Of a stretch of DNA of 61,167 nucleotides, positions 45,101-54,132 are shown piece after piece. The notes beneath the pieces were generated by a model, which searched no databases, had not been told where the DNA came from, and was given only the letters and a program-made list of their open reading frames with translations. Source of the stretch: Acidobacteriota bacterium (GTDB taxonomy: Bacteria; Acidobacteriota; UBA4820; DSQY01); contig JAKAKG010000120.1 in assembly GCA_021813555.1 (NCBI GenBank), positions 1-61,167 of the forward strand, given 5' to 3'. Each line of letters starts with the position of its first letter. The stretch's first letter is position 1. Made by a program: the position numbers and the translations under genes.

Positions 45101-46763
45101 CGATTCCATGAGAAAGGCCGTCGCCGAGACGGGCCGCAACATCTCCACCTGCCAGACGAGCGACGGCAAGGTGTCCTGGTCGGGCCTCGCGGGCCGCGTG
45201 GGCATCGGCATCCTGACGGGCGGGACCTCGGAGTGGGTCTTCACCCCGGCGGGGGCGTTGCAGACCACCAAGGACGCGGTGGACCGCGGCGCCGACGGCC
45301 TTGAGGCGACTTACGAGGGCATCAAGGAGACGATCAAGCAGGAGCTCGGCGGAGCCCTCATCGGTGGCGCCCTCAAGACGGGGGCCGCCGGGTTCAAGGG
45401 GATGGCCCAGGCGGAGCTGGCCGGGGAGAACATCCTCAAGGGTGGCGCCAAGGGTGCCTGGGGCGGGCTCAAGGAAGTGGGCAAGGAGGGGGTCAAGGGC
45501 CTCACGGACGTGGTGAGCGCCCAGGCCTGGAAGGACACGGCGAAGGGGTTGACGGGCTCTCTCGGGAGCGGCCTCAAGCGCACGGGGGAGATCCTCACGG
45601 GCGAGGAGGGCCTCACCCTCGGCAAGGGCGCGGGGGAGGGGGCGGAGGCCGCGGCCAACGCGGGGCGCAAGCTACCGCCCTTCGGCTCCCCCGAGGCAGG
45701 CAAGCTGAACCAGCTCCAGGACGCCATCAAGAGCGGCGACCCGGACAAGGTGGCGGGCCTCTACCGCGAGGGCGGCATGAAGGACCTCTCGGACCTCCAG
45801 AAGGCGGGCTACATCAAGCCCGAGGACGCCCAGAAGCTGAACCAGCTCCTCCAGAACCAGGTGAACGGTGCGGTCAGCGACGGCACCAAGGCTGCCGTGA
45901 ACCAGTTCCCCGGCCAGACGGGGGTCCGCGTGAAGGAGGTCCTGGTGGGCGACAGCGGGTCCTCCGCCTCGGGTCCCCCTACGCGCCTCAAGACCGATGC
46001 GGATCGCACCCTCATTCCCACCTTCGACGAGGGCGACCTGCAGCGATACGCCCAGAAGAACGCCATGAGCCGCGACCAGGCCTACGACGAGCTCAGCCAA
46101 AAGTTCCGAGACTCGCACGAGGCCAACGTCTCCAAGGAGCTCCAGGACCGGGGCTTCGGGGACACGGGCAGCGGCAACCCCCAGAAGGCCGCCGACAACG
46201 TGGGATACGGGTCCTACGACCGCATCGGCGGCGGCTCGGGCAAGGCCGATTCCTACGCGGAGGGGTTCACCAACTCGCGTCAGGCCGCCCAGGGGAAAGG
46301 GACGAGCTACACCACGGACGCGGATGGCAACGTCTCTGGAAGCCACCAGGTCTCGGGCCAGTCGGTGGTGGACCAGAACCAGCTCAACCGGCAGAACTAC
46401 GGGGGCGAGGACATCGGGGGCCGGGAGCCCACGTCCATCCCCCCGAGCGAGGTCCCATCGGTCATGAACCAGCAGGCAAACGCCCTGGAGAAGCACGGCG
46501 ACGACCCGCTCTACGTGGCCAAGGCCGTGGGCCGGAGCGAGAAGATCGCCAACACCGTGGGCGAGTCCCTCGGCGACCAGCGCCTAACCCAGGCGGCCAA
46601 GGAAATCTACAGCGATCCCGGCAAGATGAACGATGTCCTGAAAAAATACGGTTACGTGGACGCCCACGGCAACCCCGACCCGTCGGCCTTCTGCTCCCAG
46701 GGTAAAGGCAGCGTCAACGGGTACGCCAACTCCTTCGATTCGGTCACGCCCGATACGCCTTAG
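42117..46763 (+). CDS. Giant hypothetical protein (1548 aa): TM region, long coiled coil, Gly/Pro linkers, C-terminal globular domain
   Basis: Uninterrupted ORF; start overlaps the upstream stop (ATGA). Confidence 0.85.
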   Translation: MSNQPPKGKPPGNRVAAPPRPASHAAVLRQGQAPLRPGQAGPAAAKKGPGCLGSLFLELTGIGFLLQIKRKLGGLGFFLALAGVLFFCFILGARIERYGHLGEHQYILQLLPMASCLSPILAWLMSLAFAVGDVLTNATYWLFPQDSNLNMYHLFTKAHPLLTWGAYARMDFFTLPLYALLPGLGSRILYAVASRAFHAGRAKLMKDGGTGDTEALKRQLNQALSDQTSCAQRERAVSDQFNGADAAAERAGDRIRSAEAGEREASSAVQEQNAQTQEQNLLAARAREEAGQAQARASAAGQEASRFEGERDRAGEALRQGSLQEENLKGRLGDLGRKREEADNLVKECQGNLEALARDRKAMQAAMDTGVDQDGRPMTPERMAAAKRALDQNLMAEGRERARLDSARDHQRELAAESDQARRDLENQQKANAEELARFRQDEARAAQARRRQEQAQEELRAKEAAEDEARRAAAESQRRAQEDMARLEALRQEKAAALRDFQSAAARRNALADQLKEARSGLAAANGKVSQIQSALGLSATPPVAPADPSAGHHRHHPDPNQEVIRQYDQAMGAAQAEQRRMRDMMVRQWQAENRGLLPSGLVGGEVAGVGSLTSQGFGPLAAAAVGAAAGSALGGMALHGHMWAEYNPIRQIVHPSHSADVGCYRMDVGYLDGNILSGVGSGTSVAPIAVVGAEMGGVPSAPPPAGPGTGLLPPGPESPGGWAAPSPGGGIPSETSDEQAARDAARKARDEADRYKKQWEESEASADKNDPGYKDLKKQYDDYITSKEDEAAAAQARADASQSQRQADEAAAQAAKDAKDEWIRNRQDDLKAAAEEKAHLEAVMAGAAGAGLSTADQQTRLNQLNQRLSDLHGQLQKEGGDIDYSARDRGVIGPGKEFLEAPEKARQEAAKLDYLQKMQKAAWDHDMVDPESGGKKGDMYGRVGNAINDFLAGKKLDPDMIKQMRDSIGHRIDGTTADTSQLPGPEKPWWQDGDSMRKAVAETGRNISTCQTSDGKVSWSGLAGRVGIGILTGGTSEWVFTPAGALQTTKDAVDRGADGLEATYEGIKETIKQELGGALIGGALKTGAAGFKGMAQAELAGENILKGGAKGAWGGLKEVGKEGVKGLTDVVSAQAWKDTAKGLTGSLGSGLKRTGEILTGEEGLTLGKGAGEGAEAAANAGRKLPPFGSPEAGKLNQLQDAIKSGDPDKVAGLYREGGMKDLSDLQKAGYIKPEDAQKLNQLLQNQVNGAVSDGTKAAVNQFPGQTGVRVKEVLVGDSGSSASGPPTRLKTDADRTLIPTFDEGDLQRYAQKNAMSRDQAYDELSQKFRDSHEANVSKELQDRGFGDTGSGNPQKAADNVGYGSYDRIGGGSGKADSYAEGFTNSRQAAQGKGTSYTTDADGNVSGSHQVSGQSVVDQNQLNRQNYGGEDIGGREPTSIPPSEVPSVMNQQANALEKHGDDPLYVAKAVGRSEKIANTVGESLGDQRLTQAAKEIYSDPGKMNDVLKKYGYVDAHGNPDPSAFCSQGKGSVNGYANSFDSVTPDTP

Positions 46764-46772
46764 AGGTGAGGC

Positions 46773-48098
46773 ATGCTCGTCGAACAAGGTGAGTGGATTC
46801 TGAACGAGGGAGAAATGGCTGCCGTGGCGGCCAGTTTCGGGATAGTGTCCTCGCCTCTCGGCGTGATCCCGAAGGCCCTTCCGCCGAAGGCCCTTGCGGA
46901 GGAGGCCGTCAAGGTTTTCCAAGACCTCGACCCATCGTTCAAGGGCCTCGCGGAGCGGTGCCTGAGGGCCCTCGCTGCGCCCGACAAGCTCGTGCACGTC
47001 CACAACGTCGTGGCCGACCAGCGGGTGAGCCGCGCCCTCATGGTTTTCTCTCCGGTCATGGGTGGGGCGTGGGTTTCCCTGGCCCGCTCGGGGGAGCTGC
47101 GCCGGGTGAGCCTCCGCTCCGAGGCCGAGCTCCGCTTCCTCGTGGCCGACGCCCTCGCCGCCGACGCGAGCCTCCGCCCCGACCGCGTGAGCGTGAACCT
47201 CTCCACCCCTGAAGCCCTCGTCCTCCTGGCCGTGTTCGAACAGCTGAGGCGGGCGAGGCTCATCTCCCTCCTGGACCACAAGGAGCCCGTGACCCTCTTC
47301 GCCGCTGAGGACGTGGAAGCGAGATTGAAGGAGGCGGACGTGGAGGACTTCCGCTGGACCCTCCCCTTCCTCGCCAAGCTCCTGCCCCTTCCCATGGGCG
47401 ACCTGGCCGTGACGAAAGATTGCCGCCCCGCCCTCATGGCCCTGGAGAAGGCGGGGCTCCTGGAGCGCCTGGGCATCCAAAACGATAGGATGGTGTGCGA
47501 GCTCACCAACCCCGGGGCCTTCCTCGAGGCGGGCTTCCGCGACTCCAGCGCGAGGGCGGCCCTCTCCGTGACGGCCCCCGTGCGCGGCGGGCTGGCCCAC
47601 GACGTCCTCCTCCTCGTGCGGTCCGCCTTCGACCTGTTCCTGGTGTCCTTGAGCGGAGGCGACGCGGCCCTTTCCACGATCCTCGCCGGCGACCTGGACG
47701 AGACCATGAAGCTCGTCTTTGCCCCCCCGCCCGCCCTTCCCGCGGAGGTACCCGAGCAGGGCGCGGAGGCCACGGTCATCCTGGACGGCCCCACCATGAA
47801 TCTCGCGCGCCTGGTGGTGGACGCGGGGCCCCTGGCGGGAACGGCCTGCGCCCTCGTGGACGGGCTAGGGCTCGGACGCCAGGCGGACAACGGCATGGTC
47901 ATCAACGATCCGGGCATCTCCCGGCACCACGCCAGGTTCCGCCGCGATCCGGCGGGGGTGTGGTCCGTGGAGGACCTGGGGAGCAGCAACGGCACCTTCG
48001 TGAACGAGGTCAGGATTACCGCGCCCATGGCCCTCCAAGACGGAGACCACATCAGGGTCAGCAACACCGTCATGACCTTCAATCCGCGCGAAGCCTGA
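46773..48098 (+). CDS. Hypothetical protein with a C-terminal FHA domain
   Basis: LGRQADN, ISRHHA, DLGSSNGTFVN; GAGG RBS. Confidence 0.88.
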   Translation: MLVEQGEWILNEGEMAAVAASFGIVSSPLGVIPKALPPKALAEEAVKVFQDLDPSFKGLAERCLRALAAPDKLVHVHNVVADQRVSRALMVFSPVMGGAWVSLARSGELRRVSLRSEAELRFLVADALAADASLRPDRVSVNLSTPEALVLLAVFEQLRRARLISLLDHKEPVTLFAAEDVEARLKEADVEDFRWTLPFLAKLLPLPMGDLAVTKDCRPALMALEKAGLLERLGIQNDRMVCELTNPGAFLEAGFRDSSARAALSVTAPVRGGLAHDVLLLVRSAFDLFLVSLSGGDAALSTILAGDLDETMKLVFAPPPALPAEVPEQGAEATVILDGPTMNLARLVVDAGPLAGTACALVDGLGLGRQADNGMVINDPGISRHHARFRRDPAGVWSVEDLGSSNGTFVNEVRITAPMALQDGDHIRVSNTVMTFNPREA

Positions 48099-48115
48099 GG
48101 CGAAGGGAGGCGGCG

Positions 48116-48676
48116 ATGGCCGAGTTTTGGAAAGACGGCTGGCAGGAGGACGCCTTCGGCAGGCTCCGGGGTTTCATCCAGTCGTCTCCCGCGTGGTACG
48201 AGAACCTCTCTCCGTCGGACGTGGCGGAAGACGCCTATCTCCTGGGCGTGGCCTCGACCCTCTTCCTGCGCGACGAGGACGCGGGGGCCAAGGCTTCGCC
48301 CGCTCCCTCCGCCGTCGCGCGAGAGGCCATGAAGCTCGCGCCCCTGGGCGTCCCCCCGTTCACCTATGAGCGCTCTCTTGTGGCCGGAGGCGACGCGTCG
48401 GCCTCCTACGCGGGATCGGCACAAGGCCGCTTCGGCGCGCTGCACGGGGAGGCCGCGCGGCGTGCCGGGTCTCAGGACCGTTGGGCCGCGGGCCTCGACG
48501 CCCTGCGGCGCGCGGGGGCCCTGCGCGCCCAGTGGCCCGAGGAGGAGCCTCTTCATGCGCCCCCCGTGGCCACCTTCGGAGAGGATATGCGCGCCTGCAC
48601 CCACGTCGTTCTTCGCAGGGCCGTGCACGCCTTTAAGATCGGATTTGGCCTCTGGGGCCGGTGGGAGTCTCCATGA
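48116..48676 (+). CDS. Hypothetical protein (186 aa)
   Basis: GGAGG RBS; coupled to the next gene. Confidence 0.7.
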   Translation: MAEFWKDGWQEDAFGRLRGFIQSSPAWYENLSPSDVAEDAYLLGVASTLFLRDEDAGAKASPAPSAVAREAMKLAPLGVPPFTYERSLVAGGDASASYAGSAQGRFGALHGEAARRAGSQDRWAAGLDALRRAGALRAQWPEEEPLHAPPVATFGEDMRACTHVVLRRAVHAFKIGFGLWGRWESP

Positions 48677-49095
48677 TCGAGACACGCCTGAGCCTGGGCG
48701 AGGCCCGCTATCTCCTCCAGGTTCTGGACCTGAAGCTCGCTCCCGAATCTCCCTTGGCGGATCCCCTTGGAGGGGCCGCCGAGGTTCCCGCGGGCAGCAC
48801 GGCCGAGGCCGGTGTGGCCAAGAGTCTCACGTCCCGGGGGCTACTCCTGAGCGACGGCGCGCCCAATCCCTTTGCGGCCGCGGCCATGGTGTGGCTGGCC
48901 CAGCCGGAGAAGGCGTGGACCCTCTCCCTTTTCGGACGCGGGGGCGCCGCCATGGTGCACCTGGCGTTCAAAGGAGGTTCGGCGGTGGAGTGCCGCCGCG
49001 ACGCGGAAGGCTTTCTCCTTCGCTATCCCCTCCCGGAGGCCGAGGCCGAAGGGTGGCTCCGCCTCCATGTGGACGGAGGACGCCATGGTTCTTGA
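48673..49095 (+). CDS. Hypothetical protein (140 aa), EspG-like pattern
   Basis: LSLGEARYLL...LTSRGLL...WLAQPE; ATGA overlap. Confidence 0.7.
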   Translation: MIETRLSLGEARYLLQVLDLKLAPESPLADPLGGAAEVPAGSTAEAGVAKSLTSRGLLLSDGAPNPFAAAAMVWLAQPEKAWTLSLFGRGGAAMVHLAFKGGSAVECRRDAEGFLLRYPLPEAEAEGWLRLHVDGGRHGS

Positions 49096-50200
49096 CGCGG
49101 CCTTCGCGCCCCAGGCCAACTTGGGCCTCAAGATTCTCTCTTTCTTCACCACGGGCGCCTTCTTTCTGATCACCCTCTTCCTCAAGCTCTGCTATTCCAC
49201 GGCCCTCTACGCCACCCTGGCGGAGATCTCCCGGCGCATCGCCCTTTTCAGGCAGACGAGGCGGCCGGCTCTGAGGGCCCTCCTCCTCCTGCCCGCGGTA
49301 GTCGTCTTCTGCACCGCCATCCTGTTCGCCCTCAACCTCTGGCGGGTGGTGTTCGGATCCCTTGATCTCAAGGGCTTCACGCAGGCCTTCAACCCCATGG
49401 ACATCATCTGGGTCTTTCTGCGAGGGGGCTTCTTCTTGGGGGCGGTTGCTCTGGGGGCGGTTCTGGGCCTCATGGTGGCCAACCACGTCACCCTGGGCCG
49501 GGACCGGTTCGGAGGCGTCCTTTATAAGAACCGGGGCCGTTACCTCGCCTTCTGGTTCGCGGCCTTCTCCGTGTGCGGCTTGTTCCGTCTGTTGCCTTGG
49601 GGCTTCGTGACCTACTGGACGGTCTGGGTCGTGGTCCTTGCCGCGTGCCTGGTGACGGCGGCCCACTGGTCCATCTACGGCAAGGTCAGGAGCGTTGCCG
49701 CGGCGACAGCGCCGGGCCTTCCAGCGGGAGGGGAGATCGCCTTCACCCTCGCGGCCCGCGAGGCGGTGGCCCTCTCAGCGCTCCTGCGCGGCCGGGCTCC
49801 CAGGGACGCGGAGGCCCTGGCCCGCTCGCTCGCCGACCCCGATCCCTCATGGCTCGCTCACCCCGCCTGGACCGCCGAGTTGAGGGTGCTGGTCCAAGAC
49901 CCCTCGGCCCTCGGCGCCGCCCTCGAAGGATTGTCCGTCAAAGGGCTCGCCGCGAAGAATGGGAAGGGATGGAGCCCCGCTGGCCCCGCCGCGCGTTTGC
50001 GCCTCATGGGCTTCGCCGAGACGGCGGCCGGTCTCACCGTGCGGAAGGCAGGGGCTGCCCGCACGGTAGTCCTCCACCTGCAAGGCCCCTCGGCCCTGCT
50101 CCTGGAGCCCGGTCCCGCCACCCTCGGCGTCCGAGAGTTTCCCCGCGGCGCCGATGCAGTTGCGGCGCTGGTCGGTGCCGCGGAGGGGCGTGCAGGGTAG
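49085..50200 (+). CDS. Membrane protein (about 5-6 TM) with a soluble C-terminal domain
   Basis: GGAGG RBS; hydrophobic N-half; C-half resembles the second unit of the 46773 protein. Confidence 0.75.
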   Translation: MVLDAAFAPQANLGLKILSFFTTGAFFLITLFLKLCYSTALYATLAEISRRIALFRQTRRPALRALLLLPAVVVFCTAILFALNLWRVVFGSLDLKGFTQAFNPMDIIWVFLRGGFFLGAVALGAVLGLMVANHVTLGRDRFGGVLYKNRGRYLAFWFAAFSVCGLFRLLPWGFVTYWTVWVVVLAACLVTAAHWSIYGKVRSVAAATAPGLPAGGEIAFTLAAREAVALSALLRGRAPRDAEALARSLADPDPSWLAHPAWTAELRVLVQDPSALGAALEGLSVKGLAAKNGKGWSPAGPAARLRLMGFAETAAGLTVRKAGAARTVVLHLQGPSALLLEPGPATLGVREFPRGADAVAALVGAAEGRAG

Positions 50201-50202
50201 AG

Positions 50203-50310
50203 TTCAGGAAACAGGAAGCCGGAAGAAGGAAGCAGGGAGCGCAGGCAGCGATGGGGCACAGCGCGTTCTTTCTGCTCCCCGCTCCCTGCTCCCCGCTCCC
50301 TGCTCCCTGT
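50203..50310. repeat. Inverted CAGGAAG/CAGGGAG and CTCCCTG arrays between convergent genes
   Basis: caggaaacaggaagccggaagaaggaagcagggag ... ctgctccccgctccctgctccccgctccctgctccct. Confidence 0.75.
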
Positions 50311-50313
50311 CCC

Positions 50314-51807
50314 CTAGAACCCGTAAATCTCCCCGAACTTGGCGTTGAGATACTCCAAAGCGGAATCGGCCGACAGGGGCTCGCCGGTCACTTTGGCGCA
50401 GAGGTCCTGGGGAAGGTACCGGCGGCCGTGGACGTGGATGTTGGCGTTAAGCCAGGCCTTCACGTCCCCCAGCTTTCCCGCGGCCACCCGCTCGTCGAGA
50501 TCGGGCATGTCGCGCCTCATGGCGCGGGCGAACTGGGCCGAGTAGAGATTGCCCAGGGCGTAGGTGGGGAAGTAGCCGATGAGCCCCACGCTCCAGTGGA
50601 CGTCCTGCAAGACGCCTTCCCGGTCGTCCGGTGGCACGATGCCGAGGAAGGAGCGCATCTTTTCGTTCCATGCGGCAGGGAGGTCCGCCGCCTCCAGCTT
50701 GCCCGCCAACAGGGCGCTCTCCAGCTCGAAGCGGAGGATGATGTGGAGGTTGTAGGTGACCTCGTCGGCCTCCACGCGGATGAGGGAGGGCTCCACCACG
50801 TTCACGGCGCCGTAAAACTCCTCCTCGGCCACCCCGTCCAGGACCCCCGGGAACGCGGCCTTGAGTTGCGGGAAATACCGCCGCCAGAAGGGCCGGGACC
50901 GGCCGATCATGTTCTCCCAGAACCGCGATTGGGACTCGTGGATGCCGAGGGAGCAGTACTGGCCCGCCGGATCCCGGTAGCGTTCCGGGTCGAGCCCCTG
51001 CTCGTAGAGGGCGTGGCCCGCCTCGTGCATGGTGCCGAAGAGGGCCATGTTCAGGAAGGTCTCCTGGTAGCGCGTGGTGATGCGCACGTCCCTGAAGGTG
51101 CCGTTGGTGAAGGGGTGGGCCGACACGTCCATGCGTCCCGCTTCCGTGTCGAACCCCATGTCCGCCATGACGCGGCGGCTGAAGGCTTCCTGGGCGGCCA
51201 GGGAATAGGGGCGCTTCACGAGGTCCTGGGAGGGCCTTCGCCGGGCGCCCTTGATCTTGTCCAGGAGGGGCACGAGACGGTCGCGAAGGTCCGAGAACGT
51301 GGCCGTGAGGGCCCCTTCGGTCATGCCCGGTTCGTATTCATCCAGGAGGGCGTCGTAGGGGTTCTGGTCACCTCCGATGGCCCGGGCCATCTCCCGCACG
51401 ATGTTGAGCACGGCCTCCAGGTGGGGCCTGAAGGCCGCGAAGTCGTTGTTCTTTTTGCCCTCTTCCCAGGCCACCTGGGCAAGGGCGCAGACTTGGGCCC
51501 GCTCGGCCACGAGGCGGGCCGGGACTTTCACGGCCCGGTCGCGGGCACGCTTGGCCTCGCGGACGTCGGCGGCCAGGCCGATGCCCAGGTCCTGCCTCGC
51601 GGCGAGCTCTTCGATGAGGCCGCCCAGCCCGGGCTCCGTCACCTTCTCGTGGATGGCCGTGGCCAGGGCCGCCTGGTGGTTGCCCCGCTGATCCACGCCT
51701 TTGCGCGGCATCATGACCTGCATGTCCCACTCCAGGAGCTGTTGCACCTCCTGGAGGTCGTGGATGGCACGGCACTTTTCGTAAAACTGCTCACTCGTGT
51801 TCGGCAT
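50314..51807 (-). CDS. Carboxypeptidase, family M32 (Taq-like)
   Basis: HPF, MHEAGH, IHESQS, IRVEADE, LQDVHW. Confidence 0.96.
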   Translation of the reverse strand: MPNTSEQFYEKCRAIHDLQEVQQLLEWDMQVMMPRKGVDQRGNHQAALATAIHEKVTEPGLGGLIEELAARQDLGIGLAADVREAKRARDRAVKVPARLVAERAQVCALAQVAWEEGKKNNDFAAFRPHLEAVLNIVREMARAIGGDQNPYDALLDEYEPGMTEGALTATFSDLRDRLVPLLDKIKGARRRPSQDLVKRPYSLAAQEAFSRRVMADMGFDTEAGRMDVSAHPFTNGTFRDVRITTRYQETFLNMALFGTMHEAGHALYEQGLDPERYRDPAGQYCSLGIHESQSRFWENMIGRSRPFWRRYFPQLKAAFPGVLDGVAEEEFYGAVNVVEPSLIRVEADEVTYNLHIILRFELESALLAGKLEAADLPAAWNEKMRSFLGIVPPDDREGVLQDVHWSVGLIGYFPTYALGNLYSAQFARAMRRDMPDLDERVAAGKLGDVKAWLNANIHVHGRRYLPQDLCAKVTGEPLSADSALEYLNAKFGEIYGF

Positions 51808-51920
51808 GGCTCCCTCCCGTCGTACGCTGGCTGGCCGCTTGCTGCTCAAGAAAAAGTATAGCAGAGGGCGGGGGCATGAAGGGTTACAATACCCCCTGGC
51901 CACCTTTGGAGGAGCAAGCC

Positions 51921-54110
51921 ATGAGAAGATCCCTGACCTTCGCCGTTCTCGCCGCCGCCCTCCTGGTTTCGGCGGCGTCCGCCGCATCGCCGCGCAAGGA
52001 CCTCACCGTGGCCGAGGCCTTGCGCCCCGGTGCCTTCGGCGGGGGCCAGCCCCGGGAGGTGACGTGGGCGCCCGACTCCAAGGCCTTTTACTATCTGGAG
52101 CCGGGAGCGAAGGGCAAGGCGGGGGACCTCATGGCCTGCGATCCCGCAACCTTGGCTAAGACGCCCGTCCTAACCCAGACGGCCTTTCGGGAGGCCTTCG
52201 CCCAACTTGCGAACCTCAAAGGCGAGGAGGCGGCCCAGGCGGCGTTTCGCTCCTACCGCATCTCGCCCAAGGGCTCCTATCTTCTCCTAGAAACCTCCGG
52301 CGGACCGTGCCTCTGGAACCTTGCGACCCGAACCCTGAAACGCCTGGCCACGGAGGAGGAGGGGGCGGAGACGGTGGCCTTCTCGCCCGACGAGACCCGG
52401 GTGGCTTTCACGGCGAGGGGAAATCTCTACGCCGAGCATCTGGCCGACGGAGCGAGGACGACCCTCGCTGAAGGCAAGGCTCCTTTCATCACCTGCGGCG
52501 CCGTGGACTGGCTCTACGGCGAAGAGCTCGACATGGACCGGGCCTTGTGGTGGAGCCCCGACGGCACCAAGGTGGCGTTCCTGCGCTTCGACGAGACGGG
52601 GGTCTACCAAGATCCCATGGTGGACGAGAGCGTGAACCATCCGGAAGTGAAGCCCCAGTTCTACCCCAGGCCCGGCGACGTCCTGCCTCGCGTGAGCCTC
52701 CACTGGGTGCAGGCCGAGGGCGGCCCCGTCCACGACGTGGCGGGAGCCGTGTCGGGCGGAGGGTACCTTCCCAGGGCCCTCTGGCTCCCGAGAGGAACGG
52801 GCCTCCTCTACGCCCTCTACAACCGCGCCCAGGACCGCCTCGTCCTCTACCAGGCGGGACTGGAGGCGGGCGAGCCCCGCAAGGTTCTGGAAGAGGCGTG
52901 GCCCACTTGGGTGAACGTCCCTCCCGATCCGATGTTCCTCAAAGACGGCCGGTTCCTCTGGCTCAGCGAGCGCGACGGCACCAGCCACATCTACCTGTGC
53001 AGCCTCGACGGAAAGCCGCCCCTCCAGCTCACCAGAGGCCCGTGGGTGGTGGACGCCATCCTCGGCGTGGACGAGGCTCAGGGGCGGGTGGTGTTCAGCT
53101 GCGGCCGAGACGGCGCCACGGGGTGCCAGATCTACCGGACGGACCTCAAGGGCGAGAAGGAGACCCGCCTCTCGGATGGCCGCGGATGGCACGCGGCTAC
53201 CTGCTCTCCCGATGCGAGCTGGTACCTGGACAGCGCCTCCTCCGCGGCGGTCCCCGATGTCCTATCCCTGGTCTCGCTGAAAGACGGCAAGGCCCGGGTG
53301 GTGGCGCCCAACCCCGCTCCCGAACTGGAGGAGTACGGGTTCGTCCGCCCCGAGTTCATGACCATCACCACTCCCGACGGCACTGCCTTGAACGCGTGGG
53401 TCATCAAGCCCAGGGACTTCGATCCCGCCAAGAAATACCCGGTCATCGCCGAAGTCTACGGCGGCCCCCACGCCCAGATCGTGCAGGACCGTTGGAACGG
53501 CCGCTGGATCCCCATCGGCCAGCTCTTCGCGCAGAACGGGTTCGTGTGCTTCGCCGTGGACAACCGAGGCTCGGCCCGCCGCGGTAAGGCTTTTGAGGAT
53601 GTGCTTTTCAAGCGCCTGGGCAAGGCCGAACTGGCGGACCAGCTCGCGGGCCTGGAGGCCCTCAAGAAGCTGCCCTACGTGGACGGGTCCAGAATCGGCC
53701 TCTGGGGCTGGAGCTACGGCGGATTCATGACGACCTACGCGCTCACCCATGCGGGTGCCTACGCGTGCGGCTTCGCCGTGGCTCCCGTGACGGACTGGCT
53801 CAATTACGACGCCTGCTACACGGAGCGCTACCTCAAGCTGCCCAAGGACAATCCCGAAGGGTACAAGGACAGCTCGCCGGTGAATGGCGCGAGCGGCCTT
53901 CACGTGCCCTACTACCTGGCCCAGGGCCTCATGGACAACAACGTCCACTTCGAGAACAGCGCCCGCATGGCGGACGCCCTCTACAAGGCTGAAAAGCCGT
54001 TCCTGATGGCCTACTACCCGCGCATGGACCACGGCATCGCGGGCAAGGAAGCGCGGCGCGATCTGTTCACCCGGATGCTCGAGTTCTTTAAGGCCAACTT
54101 GAAGCCTTAA
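51921..54110 (+). CDS. S9 family dipeptidyl peptidase IV
   Basis: Signal peptide, propeller, DWLYGEE, VYGGP, GWSYGG, DNNVH, catalytic His in DHGI. Confidence 0.95.
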   Translation: MRRSLTFAVLAAALLVSAASAASPRKDLTVAEALRPGAFGGGQPREVTWAPDSKAFYYLEPGAKGKAGDLMACDPATLAKTPVLTQTAFREAFAQLANLKGEEAAQAAFRSYRISPKGSYLLLETSGGPCLWNLATRTLKRLATEEEGAETVAFSPDETRVAFTARGNLYAEHLADGARTTLAEGKAPFITCGAVDWLYGEELDMDRALWWSPDGTKVAFLRFDETGVYQDPMVDESVNHPEVKPQFYPRPGDVLPRVSLHWVQAEGGPVHDVAGAVSGGGYLPRALWLPRGTGLLYALYNRAQDRLVLYQAGLEAGEPRKVLEEAWPTWVNVPPDPMFLKDGRFLWLSERDGTSHIYLCSLDGKPPLQLTRGPWVVDAILGVDEAQGRVVFSCGRDGATGCQIYRTDLKGEKETRLSDGRGWHAATCSPDASWYLDSASSAAVPDVLSLVSLKDGKARVVAPNPAPELEEYGFVRPEFMTITTPDGTALNAWVIKPRDFDPAKKYPVIAEVYGGPHAQIVQDRWNGRWIPIGQLFAQNGFVCFAVDNRGSARRGKAFEDVLFKRLGKAELADQLAGLEALKKLPYVDGSRIGLWGWSYGGFMTTYALTHAGAYACGFAVAPVTDWLNYDACYTERYLKLPKDNPEGYKDSSPVNGASGLHVPYYLAQGLMDNNVHFENSARMADALYKAEKPFLMAYYPRMDHGIAGKEARRDLFTRMLEFFKANLKP

Positions 54111-54132
54111 GGAGCCGGCCAGGGGAGGCGGA

